A program made the position numbers and the translations under genes. From Prorocentrum cordatum (Eukaryota), in the NCBI GenBank assembly GCA_963575745.1, contig CAUYUJ010000281.1, positions 372,001-436,000 of the forward strand: DNA of 64,000 bases. The letters run 5' to 3'. The notes beneath the pieces were generated by a model that searched no databases, had not been told where the DNA came from, and saw only the letters and a list, made by a program, of their open reading frames with translations. How positions within the stretch are numbered: the first letter of the stretch is position 1; each line of letters opens with the position of its first letter. Shown one piece after another: positions 1-12,689 of the stretch.

Positions 1-60
1 TAGTAGTAGTAGTAGTAGTAGTAGCAGTAATAATCGTAACAGTAGTGGTAGTAGTGGTAA

Positions 61-121
<61 letters not shown>

Positions 122-447
122 TTTAGTAGTAGTAGTAGCCACAGTAACAATCGTAATAGTAGTAGTAGTAGTAGTAGTAGTAGCAGCAGTAGTAGTCGAA
201 CTAAACATGGTTGTAGTTATAAGATTCGTAGTAGTACTACTCTTACTAGTACTAGTTGCAGCGGTAGTGGTAATAGTAGTAGCACTCGTATGATACTCAG
301 CAGTCGTAATCGCAGAATTGATAGAAGTAGCAGTAGTAGTTCTCGTAGCAGCATTGGTAGAGGCAATGGTAATCATAGTAATCGAACAAAGTAGTAGTCG
401 TCGTAGTGGTAGTAGTACGAGTAGTAGCAAGAGTCGTAATAACAGTC

Positions 448-501
<54 letters not shown>

Positions 502-508
502 AAAGTAA

Positions 509-550
<42 letters not shown>

Positions 551-751
551 CCGTAATATTAGTAGTAGAAGTGGTGGTGATTGTAGTCGTAGTGGTCGTG
601 GTAGTCGTGGTAGTAATCGTAAAAATAATGCAACTAGCTTCGTAGTAGTAAGAATAGTAATAGTAGTCGGAATAGTAGTACTAGTGATACTAGTAGTGGT
701 GGTTGTCGCAGTTCTGGTCGTATTCGTAGCAGTAGTAGTAGTAGTAGTAGC

Positions 752-798
<47 letters not shown>

Positions 799-1312
799 TA
801 GTAGTCGTACTAGTAGTAATAATAGTAGTAGGCATACAAATAAAACTATCAGCCGTAGTAGCACCCGTAATGGTAGTAGTAATTCGTAGTCGTAGGAGTA
901 CTACTACTAGTTGTAGTAGCAGTAGTAGTCGTCGTAGTCGTTGTCGTGGTAGCAGTAGTAGTAGTACTAGTAGTCGTAGCCGTAGTAGTAGTAATAGGCA
1001 ACGTAGTAGCACTGGCAATGAAAGGAATAGCGATGGCAGTAGTAATGATAATAGGAGTCGTGGGACAACTACGCAGAGTAGTAGTCGTAGTAGAAGTAAT
1101 AGTAGTCGTAGTACTAATAATCGTAAACGTAATAGTCGTAGTCGTAGTCGTAAACGTGATAGTACTAGACGTGGTTATAGTAGTCGTCGTCGTAATAATA
1201 CTAATAGCAGTAGTTGTTGTTGTTGTCGTAACACTAATGGTGCTGGTGGTCGTAGTAATCGTAATACTCGTAGTGGTCGTAGTAGTCGTGGTAGTGGTCG
1301 TCGTAGTAGTAA
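1..1312. repeat. Degenerate (TAG)n/(GTA)n microsatellite
   Basis: Directly visible tagtagtag tract with substitutions; source of the poly-V/S/T ORFs. Confidence 0.97.
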
Positions 1313-1328
1313 TAGGGTTGGAAGTCAC

Positions 1329-1433
1329 CTCCGTGCGGGGGCTACACATCACCCCCGGGGTATTGCGTTTCCAATCGGGCATGTCAAGGTGGTATTCGGC
1401 GAGTACTACGAGGGAGCGTAATTCTACCGCCAC
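1329..1433 (-). CDS. Candidate exon of unknown host gene (VAVELRSLVVLAEYHLDMPDWKRNTPGVMCSPRTE)
   Basis: Unique 105-nt island between repeats; minus-strand cag|GTG acceptor and GAG|gtgac donor, phase 0 both ends, no stop. Confidence 0.5.
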
Positions 1434-1479
1434 CTGCGGCGTTCCTCATCTTGCCCCCGGGAGCCCCTTCTAAATTCTT

Positions 1480-2030
1480 GTGGGGCCCTGAAAGATCAGG
1501 CGGGATCCTCATGGTTCCGGAGGAGCCTCCTGAGGAATATTGAAGAGTCGCGGGGAAGCTCAAGCCTAAGGAACCCAAAGACTCCTGAACAATCTGAGGG
1601 TCCCTGAGGGATCTGGGGGAAACCACAAGAATTATGAACGATTGGAGAGACATTGAAGGATCCGGAAGAATTCTGAACAATTTGAATCACGCGGGGGTCC
1701 GAGGGAATCCAAAGGAACGTTCCGGAATCGTGAGGGATCCTCAAGAATCCTGCGGAAGCTGAAGGAATCTGGAAGAATCCTGAGGAAGCCAGCAGAATCC
1801 TGCGGGATCTTAAAGGAACCTTGGTGTCCTGGGAAATCCGGAGGAATCTGCAGAGCACTGATACTGAAGACACCTACAGGAACTTTGACAATCCTGGAAA
1901 ACCCGTACGAATCATGGAGAGATGCCTGGGGCGCACTTGGAGGGATCCCCGAGAAGCTTCTGAGAGAGCCTGTCTGAGAGAGCCTCTGACAGATAGCCTC
2001 TGGGAGGGACAACGAGAAAGAGCCTCTGAT
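1480..2030. repeat. Degenerate ~10-bp tandem repeats (ggaatcctga-like, then ctctgagagag-like)
   Basis: Recurrent gaatcctg/ggatcc motifs; ctctgagagag motif recurs at 2640-2760. Confidence 0.7.
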
Positions 2031-2227
2031 AATCACATGACAAATCGCAGCTTGGGCCCCACCGCCAGCCCAAACTGCGAGCATAAATCGGGCGTAGCCC
2101 CACATATTTCGAATGCCCACACTTCGTCCTAGTACTACTCGCACTCCCCCCCGTCCTACTGATCGTCGTCGTCGTCGTCGTCCTACTCATCCTCCTCGTC
2201 TTCCTCCTGCTCCAGCTCGGTGTCCGA

Positions 2228-2540
2228 TCGGTTGCGCCATAAATTGTGCCCTCGGCGGCTGAGAATCAAACCGTCTCCTATCGGTTGCGCCATAGGTTAC
2301 GACCTCGGCGGCTGAGAATAAAACCGTCTCATATCGGATGCGCCATCACTTACGCCCTCGGCGGCCGAGAGTAAAACAGACTCCTGTCGGTTGCGCCATA
2401 GATTGTGCCCTCGGCGGCCGAAAAATCGTCTCCTGTCGGTTGCGCCCATTAGGTTGCGTCCTTGGCGGCGGAGAAAGAAGCCGTGTCCCATCGGTTGCGC
2501 CATATGTTGCGCCCTTGGCGGCCGAGAATAAAGCCGTCGC
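2228..2540. repeat. ~53-bp minisatellite, 6 copies
   Basis: tcggttgcgccata...gccctcggcggc-gagaataaaaccgtctcc units starting near 2228, 2281, 2334, 2387, 2436, 2491. Confidence 0.9.
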
Positions 2541-2849
2541 GTAACGGCTGCGACCAGTCTGTTCAACTCAGGTCAACTCAGCTCAGTTCAGTTTAGCCAG
2601 TTCACCGTGCGAGAAACAAATTCGGGCTGCGCCCGAAAAGAACCTCTGAGAGAGAGCGTCTGTGAGAAAGCCTCTGAAAGAGAAACAGAAGCCAGAGAGA
2701 GAGACAGAGAGAAACATACAAAAAACCTCGGAAGACCTCTGAAAACATCTGAGAGCCTCTGCCCGCTAGCGCGGCGCGAAGCCCTGCCAGCCCGCTGCTA
2801 AGCCCTGCTGGCCCTGGGCCTCCACCTGGGACCGCAGGTAGACTTCCAT

Positions 2850-3685
2850 ATGGGGCCACGAAGCGCTGTACTGAGTGTGGCGAACGCATGCGGACACCCC
2901 CACTGGAGCCTTCCGTGGAGCTTCCTATAAGGCCACGGAACGCTGTGCTGGGCGTGGCGGACGCATGTGGCCAACTCCCACTGGGGCCTTCGGTGGAGCT
3001 CCTATGGGGCCACGAAGCGCTGTACTGGGTGTGGCGGGCGCATGTGGCTACCCCCGCTGGGGCCTTCGGTGGAGCTCCCTGTAAGGCAACGAAACGCTGT
3101 AGTGGGAGTGACGGACGCATGCGGGCACCCCCGCTGGGCTTTCGGTAGAACTCCCTCTGGGGACACGAAGCACTGTACTGGGTGTGGTGGACGCATGTGG
3201 CCACCCCCACATGGTGCCTTAGGTGGAGCTCCCAATAAGGCCACGAAACGTGTGAGGGGTGTGCCGACATGGGTGTGGTGGACGCATATGGCCACCCCCG
3301 CTGGGGCCTTCGGTGGAGCTCCCCATGGGGCCAAGAAACGGTGTACTGGGTGTGGCGGACGCATGTGGCCACCCCCACTGGGCGTTCGGTGGAACTGACT
3401 ATGGGGCCACGAAGCGCTGTACTGGGTTTGGCGGACGCATGCGGCCAACCCCATTGGGGCCTTAGGTGAAGCTCCCAACAAGGCCACGAAACGTGTGAGG
3501 GGTGTGCCGTGGGTGTGGTGGACGCATGTGGCCACCTCCACTGGGGCCTTACGTGGAGCTCCCCATGGGGCCACGAAGCGCTGTACTGGGTGTGGCGGGC
3601 GCATGTGGCCACCCCCACATGGGGCCGCAGGTGGGGCCACGAAGCGCCTTTCGGGTTGTGGCGATCGCATGCGGGCACTCCCACT
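2850..3685. repeat. ~78-bp minisatellite, ~11 copies
   Basis: ggggccacgaagcgctgtactgggtgtggcggacgcatgtggccacccccactggggccttcggtggagct unit repeated head-to-tail; whole unit conserved, no unique spacers. Confidence 0.9.
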
Positions 3686-3800
3686 GATGATGGTGAAGTC
3701 GATAACGATGACGATGGCGTTGATGATGATGATGATGGTGTGATGATGATGGTGATGATGATGATGCTGATGAGGATGCTGCTGCTGATGATGATGATGC

Positions 3801-3835
<35 letters not shown>

Positions 3836-3882
3836 CTGCAGATGGTGGTGGTGATGATGATGCTGCTGATCATGATGATGGG
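3686..3882. repeat. (GAT)n microsatellite
   Basis: Directly visible. Confidence 0.95.
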
Positions 3883-4388
3883 TGGAGGGAGGAGGGGCAG
3901 GAGGGAGGAAGGAAGAAAACGCGGGGACCGTCTCTTCAAAACGAGGACCCAACACCACAGGATGGTTGGGAAAATTAAGCGTGGAGGAGGTGGTGGAGGA
4001 GGAAAAGCGGAGCGAGGCGAGCGCCACCGGCAGGGGCGGCCTGGCAAAGAAGAGAGGGCATGGGGACAGGGGGCGGTAGGGAGGGTGGGCAGGAGGGCGG
4101 CCAGCTGACGACGCGCAGCAACGCGCAGTGCTCGGAGTGATGGTTGTCGTGAAGGCGGTCGTGGTAAAAGGGTCATGGTGGTCGTGAGAATGGTCGCCGC
4201 AGGAGGTCGGCGTCCGTGGTAGCGAGTCAGGGTGGTGGTCGCGGTGGTGGCCGTCCCTGCCGGCCGTGGCGGTCATGGCCGTGGTCGCGGCATAGCCGGC
4301 CGACAGGCTCGGACCGCCCGTCGACCTCCAGGCAGACGCCGTCGCTCCGCGCGGAGCTCACTGCTTCGTCCGACGGTCGCCCCCCGAC

Positions 4389-4613
4389 CTGGAAGACAAT
4401 CGGAGCGGGGTCGAGACTCGCTCGCGGGGGGGTAAAGGCCTCGTTGTCGTCTAGCATCTGCGCGGCAGCGAGATCGTCCTTCTGGCATTGGGCCAGCTGC
4501 ATGGGGCTCAGGTGGAGTATACGCATGTCACTGGCAAGTCTACGAAGATGGATTGGCGAGCGATGGGGTCGTGTGTCTGAGTATCCGACTCCGCCTCCTG
4601 CAGCACCGCCGTG
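4389..4613 (-). CDS. Candidate exon of unknown host gene (HGGAAGG...LRRLASDMRILHLSPMQLAQCQKDDLAAAQMLDDNEAFTPPRASLDPAPIVFQ)
   Basis: ttcag|CAC acceptor, CAG|gtcggg donor, 225 nt open, phase 0/0, compatible with the neighbouring candidate exons; acceptor position uncertain. Confidence 0.4.
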
Positions 4614-4758
4614 CTGAAATCACGGCAGCTCCTCCTCAGCGCTGCAGCATGGCCCGCGACACCCTTGCACACTGCATCGCGCCGGTCGCGCAGCTGGGCG
4701 TGCTGGTCGGTGCGAGAACTGCCGACCCCGCACGCATTGGCATGAGGGGCTCCCCATA

Positions 4759-5430
4759 CAGTCGGGGCGTTGACCTAAGGAACGATAAATAAGGAACGAG
4801 GCCCCTTCTTCCCATAAGTTAAACTCCGAGTTCCCATGGAAAACCTGGGGAAAACCCAAGGAGCGCTGCAAAACAACTAAGGAACACGGAGCCCCTCCCA
4901 AAACGAACAGGGTTCCTTCTTCAGGGGCTCACCATACAGTCGGGGCGTTGACCTCGGAACGAAAAATCAGGAACGAGGCCCCTTTTGCCCATGAGTTAAA
5001 CTCCGAGTTCCCCTGGGAAAACCCGGGGAAAACCCCAGGAGCGCTGCAAAACAACTCAGGCACACGGAGCCCCTCCCAAAACGAACAGGGTTCCTTCTTC
5101 CGGGCCCCGACCGTAACTCGCCCCGCCGCCTGCCCCCAGCCCCTTCTTCCCATAAGTTGAACTCCGATTTCCCATGGAAAACCGGGGGAAAACCCCAGGA
5201 GCGCTGCAAAACAACTAAGGCACACGGAGCCCCTCCCCTAGGGGGCCAGATGCGAACCCTACCCCTGCCCCCCACGATTTCTGAGGGGGAGGGTGGGGTT
5301 CACTTTGCTCGGGAGCTCCCGAACGAAGTGAACCCCACCCTCCCCCTTAGAAGTCGGGGGGGTAGGGGTAGGGTTCGCATCTGGCCCCCTGCCCCCAACC
5401 AAAAAGGTTCCTTCTTCCGGGCCCCGACCG
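4759..5430 (+). mobile_element. MITE family A, three tandem/partial copies (4759-4928, 4937-5113, 5142-5430)
   Basis: TIR CAGTCGGGGC...GCCCCGAC(T/C)G; copy 4937-5113 flanked by TA on both sides, consistent with Tc1/mariner-type MITE. Confidence 0.85.
5239..5391. mobile_element. 153-bp fold-back element inserted in MITE A copy
   Basis: Near-perfect palindrome centred on gggagctccc (5311-5320); interrupts the cccctcccc|aac site of family A. Confidence 0.85.
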
Positions 5431-5699
5431 AAACTTGCCCCACCGCCCTGCCCCCAAGCCCCGACGCCATGCTCTTGCCATCACGCACGCCGAGCCCCGC
5501 AGGTCTCGACCCCTGTCCAGGACCGACTTGTTTCATCCGGGCACGTTCTCCTCCTCCTCCTCCTCCTCCTCCCTCCTCCTCCTCCTCCTCCTCCTCCTCC
5601 GTGGCCGACACAAATAGAACAACCGTGCGTCGCCATGTTTTCGCGACCCGGTGGGGCCCGGGTCCCTCCCTTCCCTCCCTCTCCTGCCAGGCGCCCGAC

Positions 5700-5789
5700 C
5701 GTGCACGAGGACATGTCGACGTTGAAGAGCTTCTGCTGCACTTCTGCGCCGATGCCGAGCCGCAGCTGCAGCAGCTCCGCAACGGAGTC
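5700..5789 (-). CDS. Candidate exon of unknown host gene (DSVAELLQLRLGIGAEVQQKLFNVDMSSCT)
   Basis: taag|GAC acceptor, ACG|gtcggg donor, 90 nt phase 0/0, GC3-rich codons, unique island between (CCT)/(GAG) tracts. Confidence 0.55.
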
Positions 5790-5852
5790 CTTACGGGCAG
5801 GGGGGAGGTGGAGGAGGGGTAGGGCAAGGAGGGGGAGAAGGCATGGGGGGGG

Positions 5853-6262
5853 GAGGAGGAGGAGGAGGAGGAGAAGGAGGAGGAGGAGGAGGAGGAGGAG
5901 GAGGAGGAGGAGGAGGAGGAGGAGGAGGAGGAGGAGGAGGAGGAGGAGGAGGAGGAGGAGGAGGAGGAGGAGGAGGAGGAGGAGGAGGAGAGGAGGAGGA
6001 GGAGGAGGAGCAGGAGGAGGAGGAGGAGGAGGAGGAGGAGGAGGAGGAGGGAGGAGGAGGAGGAGGAGGAGGAGGAGGGGCCCTCGGCGGTTGGAACGGA
6101 TCGCCGTGGGGGGTGAACAGAAACCTCCTCTGACGGAGGCACCCCCGCATCTTTCTTGGGCTGTCCTCATTGCGCCCTTCCTGCGCAGACAAGCAGAAGG
6201 CAAGAGGAGGAGGAGGAGGAGGAGGAGGAGGAGGAGGAGGAGGAGGAGGAGGAGGCGGAGGA
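5853..6262. repeat. (GAG)n microsatellites
   Basis: Directly visible at 5853-6078 and 6204-6262. Confidence 0.95.
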
Positions 6263-6589
6263 TCAGGACGGAGCAGGTGCTCCGCAATCTCCTCTGCTCC
6301 CAAAAGGCCTCTGGAGCCTCCGGTGGAACTCCGGGATGCCCCGGAGGTCCAGAGGGCCGCCCGAGACCCCTGGCGGGGGCAGAGGGGGACTGAGGAGGCG
6401 TGGGGGCGGAGGGGGTGGGATGCGAAAAGGGTCCGCAGCCTCCCTGCCCCAGGCGCAGCAGGGGGGAACGCGAACATCTGGAGAGCCCAGCCAGCGCACT
6501 GGGTTGCCACGAGAACCCAGCGGACGGGGCGGTCAGAAGGCGGCCACGGGCGGAATACGCCGAACCCACCCGACTACTGTATCCGCCAC

Positions 6590-7418
6590 AGTGCCCCCTG
6601 GCACGTGGGGGCGTGCTGGAATGCTAAGTGGTGTCTGGTAGGGCTTCTGTGATTGTCTGAGGGCCACTCCCCATTCTAAAGGCCACCCCCCTTTCCCGTC
6701 CGCACCATTTGGCACGCTCTGAGCCTCCCCCCCCTCCCGAGGCAACATTACAAAATGCGACAGTTTTGCGCTCCCGAGGCCAGATACTTCCAAGACGGCC
6801 CAACATCGCTTCAAGACGGGCCACGTCGGCCTTAAGGCGGCCTAAAATGGCTTCAAGACAGCCCACAAGGCCTTCGAGGCGTCCCAAGGGAGCCCAAAGA
6901 GCGGGCCCCGAGAGTCAAGCATCATTGATTGCCCGTACGTTGTTCAACGTGTTCGAGACGTTCTCTCAGCGACCTACAAGACTGCCCATAATGCCTCCAA
7001 AAGATTGCCTCAAGCCGGCCATGAGGTCCCCAAGAGGGCCCAAAGAGGGAGAAGAGAGCTCCAGGACAGCCCAAAGGGCGCCGAAGACGGCCCAAGGGGG
7101 CTCCAAGACGGCCATGAGAACGGCCCAAGAGTGGAACACGAACCGAATATTAGAGCCAAGATGCCCCCATGAGCCCCCAAGAAGCCCCAAGAGGCCCACC
7201 AGAGGACCCCAAACGGCCCCCGACAGACCCCCAAAAGGCCCCAAGGTTGCGCGAATGAGGTCCATGAGGGCTCCTCAAGACATAACAAAAGGTATCACAT
7301 GTGACGGTTTCCTCCTCCTTATTATCCTCGTCACCCTCCTATTCCTCCTATTCCTCCTCCTGCATCTCATCATCGCCATCAGCATCAGCATCAGCATCAG
7401 CATCAGCATCAGCATCAG

Positions 7419-7453
<35 letters not shown>

Positions 7454-7510
7454 ACACCATCACCATCACTATCACAATAATCATCATCATCATCATCATC
7501 ATCCTCATCC

Positions 7511-7553
<43 letters not shown>

Positions 7554-10500
7554 TATCATCAACATCACCGAGGCCACTTCCCTCATCATTATCAACATCA
7601 TCAACATACTCGGCATTAACAGCATCAGCATCATAGACAGCATCAGCATCAGCACCATCGTCATCAGCATCATGTCCATCACCATGATCATCCACCATGA
7701 TCATCACCCTGATCATCATTCTCAGCATCATCATTACCATCACCGCCATCGTCGCAAGCATAATCACTACCATCATCATCATCAGCATCAGCATCGTCAT
7801 AGTCATCAGCATCATCATCACAATCGTCATAGGCAGCGTCATCGTCTTCGTCATCATGAACGTCATCGTTATCAACAGCAACCTCATCCTCATTAAGGTC
7901 CTCGTCCTCATCCCCAACATCACCACCAGGGTCATAAACATCATCACCACCATCATCCTCATCAACATCGCCATCATCGTAGAACACCGGGAAAGCTGGG
8001 CTGGCACGCTGGCGGGACTAAGGATCTTGGTATTTGTTTCTTCTCGGCATTCCGACGCCTCAAGACGGCCCAAGAGGCCCCCAAGATCGCCCCAAGATCG
8101 CCCGAGAGGGCTCCAAGAGGGCCCCATGACGGCCGAAGAGGCCCCCAAGATGCCCCCAAGAGGGCCCGACGACGGCCCAAGAGGCCTCCAAGACACCCAA
8201 GATGGCCTCCAAGACGGCTAAGATGGCCCCAAGATGCCTCCAAGACGGCCGAACCTGAACCCAAGACGGCCTCAGATGGCCTCCAGATGGTCCAAGACGG
8301 CCCAAGAGGCCCTAAGTGGCCTCCAAGACGGCCCAAGAGACCTCCAAGAGGTCTTCCAGGAGGGCACGAAGAGGCCAACAGCATTGATTGTCCTTAGGTT
8401 TTTAAACAGTTGTTCGTATTTGCTCCTTTTCGGCTTTCCGACGACCCAAGACGGCCCAAGAGGCCAACAAGATCCCCCATGAGGCCCCCAAGACGGCCCC
8501 ATGACGTCCCAAGAGGCCCTCAAGACGGCCCCAAGAGGGCCCAGGAGGCCTCCAAGACAGCCAACATGGCCTCCAAGACGGCTAAGATGGCCCCAGGATG
8601 CCTCCAAGACGGCCCGAGATGCACCCGAGACTGCCTAAGATGGCCTCAAGATGGCCCAAGACGGCCCAAGAGGCCCCTAAGTGTCCTCCAAGACGGCCCC
8701 AAAGCAAAAGGCGTCCAGGAGGTCTTCCAGGAGGGCACGAAGAGGCCAGCATCATTGATTGTCCGAAGGTTTTTGACAGATTTTGGCATTTGCTTCTTCT
8801 TGGCATTCCGACGCCTCAAGACGGCACAAGAGGCCCCCAAGATCGCCCAAGAGGCCTCCAAGAGGGCCCTATGACGGCCCAGAAGGCCCCAAAGACGGCC
8901 CCAAGAGGGTCCCAAAACGGCCCAGAAGGCCCCCAAGACGGCCCCAAGAGGGTCCCAAAACGGCCCTAGAGGCCTCCAAGACGCCCAAGATGGTCTCTAA
9001 GAACGCCTGATGTGCCCCAAAATAGCCCCAAGACGACCCAGACAGGCCCACAAGACGGCTTCCGACGGCGTCAGACAAGCCAGGAACGCCCGAAGACGGC
9101 CCAAGAGGCTCCCAAGAAGCCCCCAAAGGCCCCCCAAAACCCTCCAAGAGGACCCAGGAGCTCCCAGGAGGCCCCAAGAGTGCCCCAAGAGGCGCCCAAG
9201 AGGCCTCATCCTCCTCATCCTTCTCCCCCTCCTCCTCCTCCTTCTCATCTTTTTTCCTCATCCTCCCCCTCCTCCTCTTCTTGCTCCCCCACGCGTTCCC
9301 CGAAGTCTGTTCAAACCGACTCGGGGAACAACTGGCCCGTTAGCTTGGCCAAGCTCTGGCCCAGCTGTCGGCCACAGAAGCGCTTCCAAAGGGGCAGGGG
9401 GTGGCGGTGATTCGCCGTAGGCGTCTTCGATCTGCCGCCCCCTGTTGGCTTGCCAGAAGTGTGCCCGGCGTGGTAGATCCTCTCGGTCTGGGTTTTGGTT
9501 CTTTTCCAAAAGAACTCCCCCTGGGCCTCCAGCGCGACCCGCCGGGGTCCCGGGAAGGTGCTCAATCCGGAAAAAATCCTCCAAGATGGCTCGAGATGGC
9601 GCCAAGATGGCCACGTTGGCCCAAGATGGCCTCCAGGATGGCCTCCAAGTTCGCCCAAGATGGTCCAAGACGGACTCATGACGGCCCAAGAGAGTCCAAG
9701 ACGGCCCAAGACGGCCCAAGAGGCCCCCCCCAGAGGCCTCCTAGACGGCCCAAGAGGCCTCCAAGAGGTCCTCCAGGAGAGCCCGAAGAGGCCACAATCA
9801 TTGATGTTCCTTAGGTGTTCAACCGGTTTTTCGTATTTGCTCCTTTCCGGCTTTCCGACGACCCAAGACGGCCCGAGAGGCCCCCAAGACCGCCCCCAGA
9901 GCGCCAAAGAGGCCTCCAAGATGGCCTGAGGACTGCCCAAGAAGCCCCCAAGACGGCCCCAAGAGACCCCCGAGACGGCCCAGGAGGCCTTTAAGACTCC
10001 TAAGATGGCCTCTAAGACGGAGCACTCCAAGAGGGCCCCAAGTCGGCGTAGAGAGGCCCCCCAAACGGCTTCCGACGGCGTCAGACGGGCCAGGAGCCCA
10101 CTAAGACGGCCGAAATTGGCTCGAAGCTGGCCCAACACGGCCCCAGAGGCCTCCAAGGGGGCCTCCAGGAGGGCCAGAGGAGGCCAAACACATTGATGTT
10201 CCTGAGGTTTTTGCAGGATTGTGGTATTTGTTTTTTGTCGGCCTTCCGACGGCCCGAGACGGCCCAAGAGCCCCCAAAGATAGCCCAAGAGGTCTCCAGG
10301 ATGGCCCCAGCACGGCCCAAGAGACCCCCACGACGGCCCCAAGAGGCCCCCAAGACGGCCCAAGAGGCCTCCAAGACGCTCAAGATGGCCTCCAAGACGG
10401 CCCTGGAGCACCCCAAGAAAGCCCCAAGTCGGCCCAGAAAGGCCCCTAAGACGGCTTCCGACGGCGTCAGACAGGCCAGGAGCCCACCAAGACGGCCAAA

Positions 10501-10825
10501 AAGGCCCCCGAGAAGCCCCCAAAGGTCCAAGAGGCTCCCAGGAAGCTCCCAGGAGGCCCCAAGAGCGTCCCCAGAGGCTCCCAAGATGCCCCCTCCTCCT
10601 CCTCCTCCTCCTCCTCCTCCTCCTCCTCCTCCTCCTCCTCCACCTCGTCCTCCTCCTCTTGATCTTCCCCGCCATCCTCCCCCACATGTTCCCCGAAGGG
10701 TTTCCACAACGGTTGGGGGAACATGTGGCCCGATACCGTGGCAGGGCTTTGGCCACAACGCTCGGCCACATGGGCGATTCTAGAAGGCGGGGGGCGGCGG
10801 TGATTCGCCGTAGGCGTCTTCGACT
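6590..10825 (+). repeat. Composite repeat built of degenerate ~11-bp ccaagacggc/ccaagaggc units, two adjacent copies with a shared terminal motif
   Basis: Dense ccaaga(c/g/t)ggc units with recurring cattgat...ggtttt...gtattt spacers; both copies end in ggcggtgattcgccgtaggcgtcttcga (~9403-9430, ~10796-10823); internal (CAT)n at 7370-7980. Confidence 0.75.
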
Positions 10826-12442
10826 ACTCTGCTTAGTCATAGTAAGCGCCCCGTGGTGCAAACACTGGTTGTGGAATCTCCACTTACATGCCTGATAAGG
10901 GGACTACATGTCTTCCCAGAATGTGGCTGGCCGGGGACAACACCTTTTCTTCGAATGCCCATGCTCATTCTTCGCGTGTCCCCAGTCACCCTGCTTTCAC
11001 AACACAACTGCCGAACCTCCTGTGCTGATGCAAGCGTGCGCATTCGGCTCCTCCAGCTCGGAGTCAGCGTTCATCCGCATGGAAATAACACTCTGGCTGA
11101 AATTGTTTAGCGTTCCCTGCCGCCCACGCAATACTACTCAAAGCATATGCGCATGGCGCTAGGACAGGGATAAGGAGACGCATTCCACCTCCACGAGCAG
11201 AGCATTACACTGGCAAGACATGTTAGCAACCACAATACGTTCCCAAACAATCACCGACGTGGAACGCGGCTGCGACAAGTCGCAACATGACCGACAGGAA
11301 CAAGCATCAGACACTTAAACGGCACATGCGGATAAAGCATACCTCATCCACAACTTCTGCCGCAGACAGCCCTTCCAACGTCGCATCATGAGAACGGCAA
11401 CTCCCTGCTCAATAGTTCCAATCCGCGCACTGCACACATCTAGCCCATATTATGCACAGGCCCTCCAAATATTCGGCCAAACCCTACTGAACAATGACTG
11501 CTGCAAAGTCCACCACGGACGTTCTCGAAGAGAGCAGGATCCTCTTCATCCTTTCCTCCTCTTCCTCCTCCTCCTCCTCCTCCTCCTGCTCCTCCTCTTC
11601 CTCCTCCTCCTCCTCCTCCTCCTCCTCCTCCTCCTCCTCCTCCCCCTCCTGCTCCTCCCCCTCCTGCTCCTCCCCTCTCCTCCTCGCCCATGCCGCTGTT
11701 CCTCCTTCGCCCCCACCTGTGACACACGTCGGATCGCCCTCGGGCCAACTCACCCGAATCGGTATTCCGCTTGCACCGGTGCCCCCCTCGCACGGGTGCA
11801 GCCCTTGCATGTTGCGGCGTGGAAAAATGCAAATGCTGTCTGGAACGGTGCATGCAATCTTCTGAGGACCCCCCCGCCTCCGGGACACGGACACACCTTG
11901 CTGCATGCATCTCCTCTCCTCCCAGAGTCTCTGCCCCGAAAGCAAAAACGGACATGCGCGCTCCCCAAATTCCAAAACGACCGAGGCAAGCCATTGCCAA
12001 GATGGTCTAAAATGTCTCGGGGACGGGCCAAGACGACCAGAAAGACCGCTTCAGATGGCTTCCAGACGGCCCAGAAGTGTGATCAGAAGAACCCAGTAGG
12101 GCCCAGAGGAGACAACATCATGATTTTCCCTAGGGTGTCTTTCAACTGGTTTTGCCACTTTCACCTTTTCATGCTCCATTCAACGATTGACGGCCTGGAG
12201 GCCTCCAGGAGGGCCCCAAGACGGGCAGCAAGAGGGCCCCGCATGGCTCTTCAGCCCCCCACGACGGCCTCAAAAGGGCCCAGGACGGCACCGAAGCGGC
12301 CCCGAGGGAGCCCCGGGCCGGGGCAGCGCCGCCCCCGCGTCGTGGAGACGGTGGCCCTCGTTGTGACCTACGGGTGCCGCCCGGACTGCGGGAGTACTGT
12401 CGGTTCTTGTAGGGCGACTGCCTCCTCCCCCCCCCGCGTGTC

Positions 12443-12635
12443 TCGGGAGCGGCCAAGAGGGGGGTGTTCAAGAGGGGGGGGTGCAAATCATGGCTGGCGG
12501 CACGTGCGCGGCCCAGCGGGGGGGCCAGCGACGTAATGAAATAAGAAGAGGCGCCATGACATCTGGGAAATATCATGGCCCCCGCCATGATATCCACCCC
12601 CACCTAGTCATCACCCCCCTCTTTTCCGCCCCCGA
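12443..12635. mobile_element. TIR MITE with TCGGG...CCCGA ends and 5-bp TSD
   Basis: TIR tcgggagcggccaagagggggg / ccccctcttttccgcccccga; gtgtc at 12438-12442 and 12636-12640. Confidence 0.8.
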
Positions 12636-12689
12636 GTGTCATGGGGAGGGCGTCCTGTTTCGGCTGTCTTTGCTGTGTTGCCGAACAGG

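Noticed and set aside
45..1473. Long poly-V/S/T ORFs, and similar poly-E/G/R/P/H/M ORFs throughout
   Set aside because: Translations of trinucleotide and dinucleotide microsatellites; no domain content.
2228..3685. Regular arrays that could be taken for CRISPR
   Set aside because: Whole units are homologous with no unique spacers, no cas genes, eukaryotic context: minisatellites.
10830..11530. Unique-looking stretch with KRHMRIKH-like fragment
   Set aside because: Possibly a decayed retroelement zinc-finger tail, but too degraded to call.
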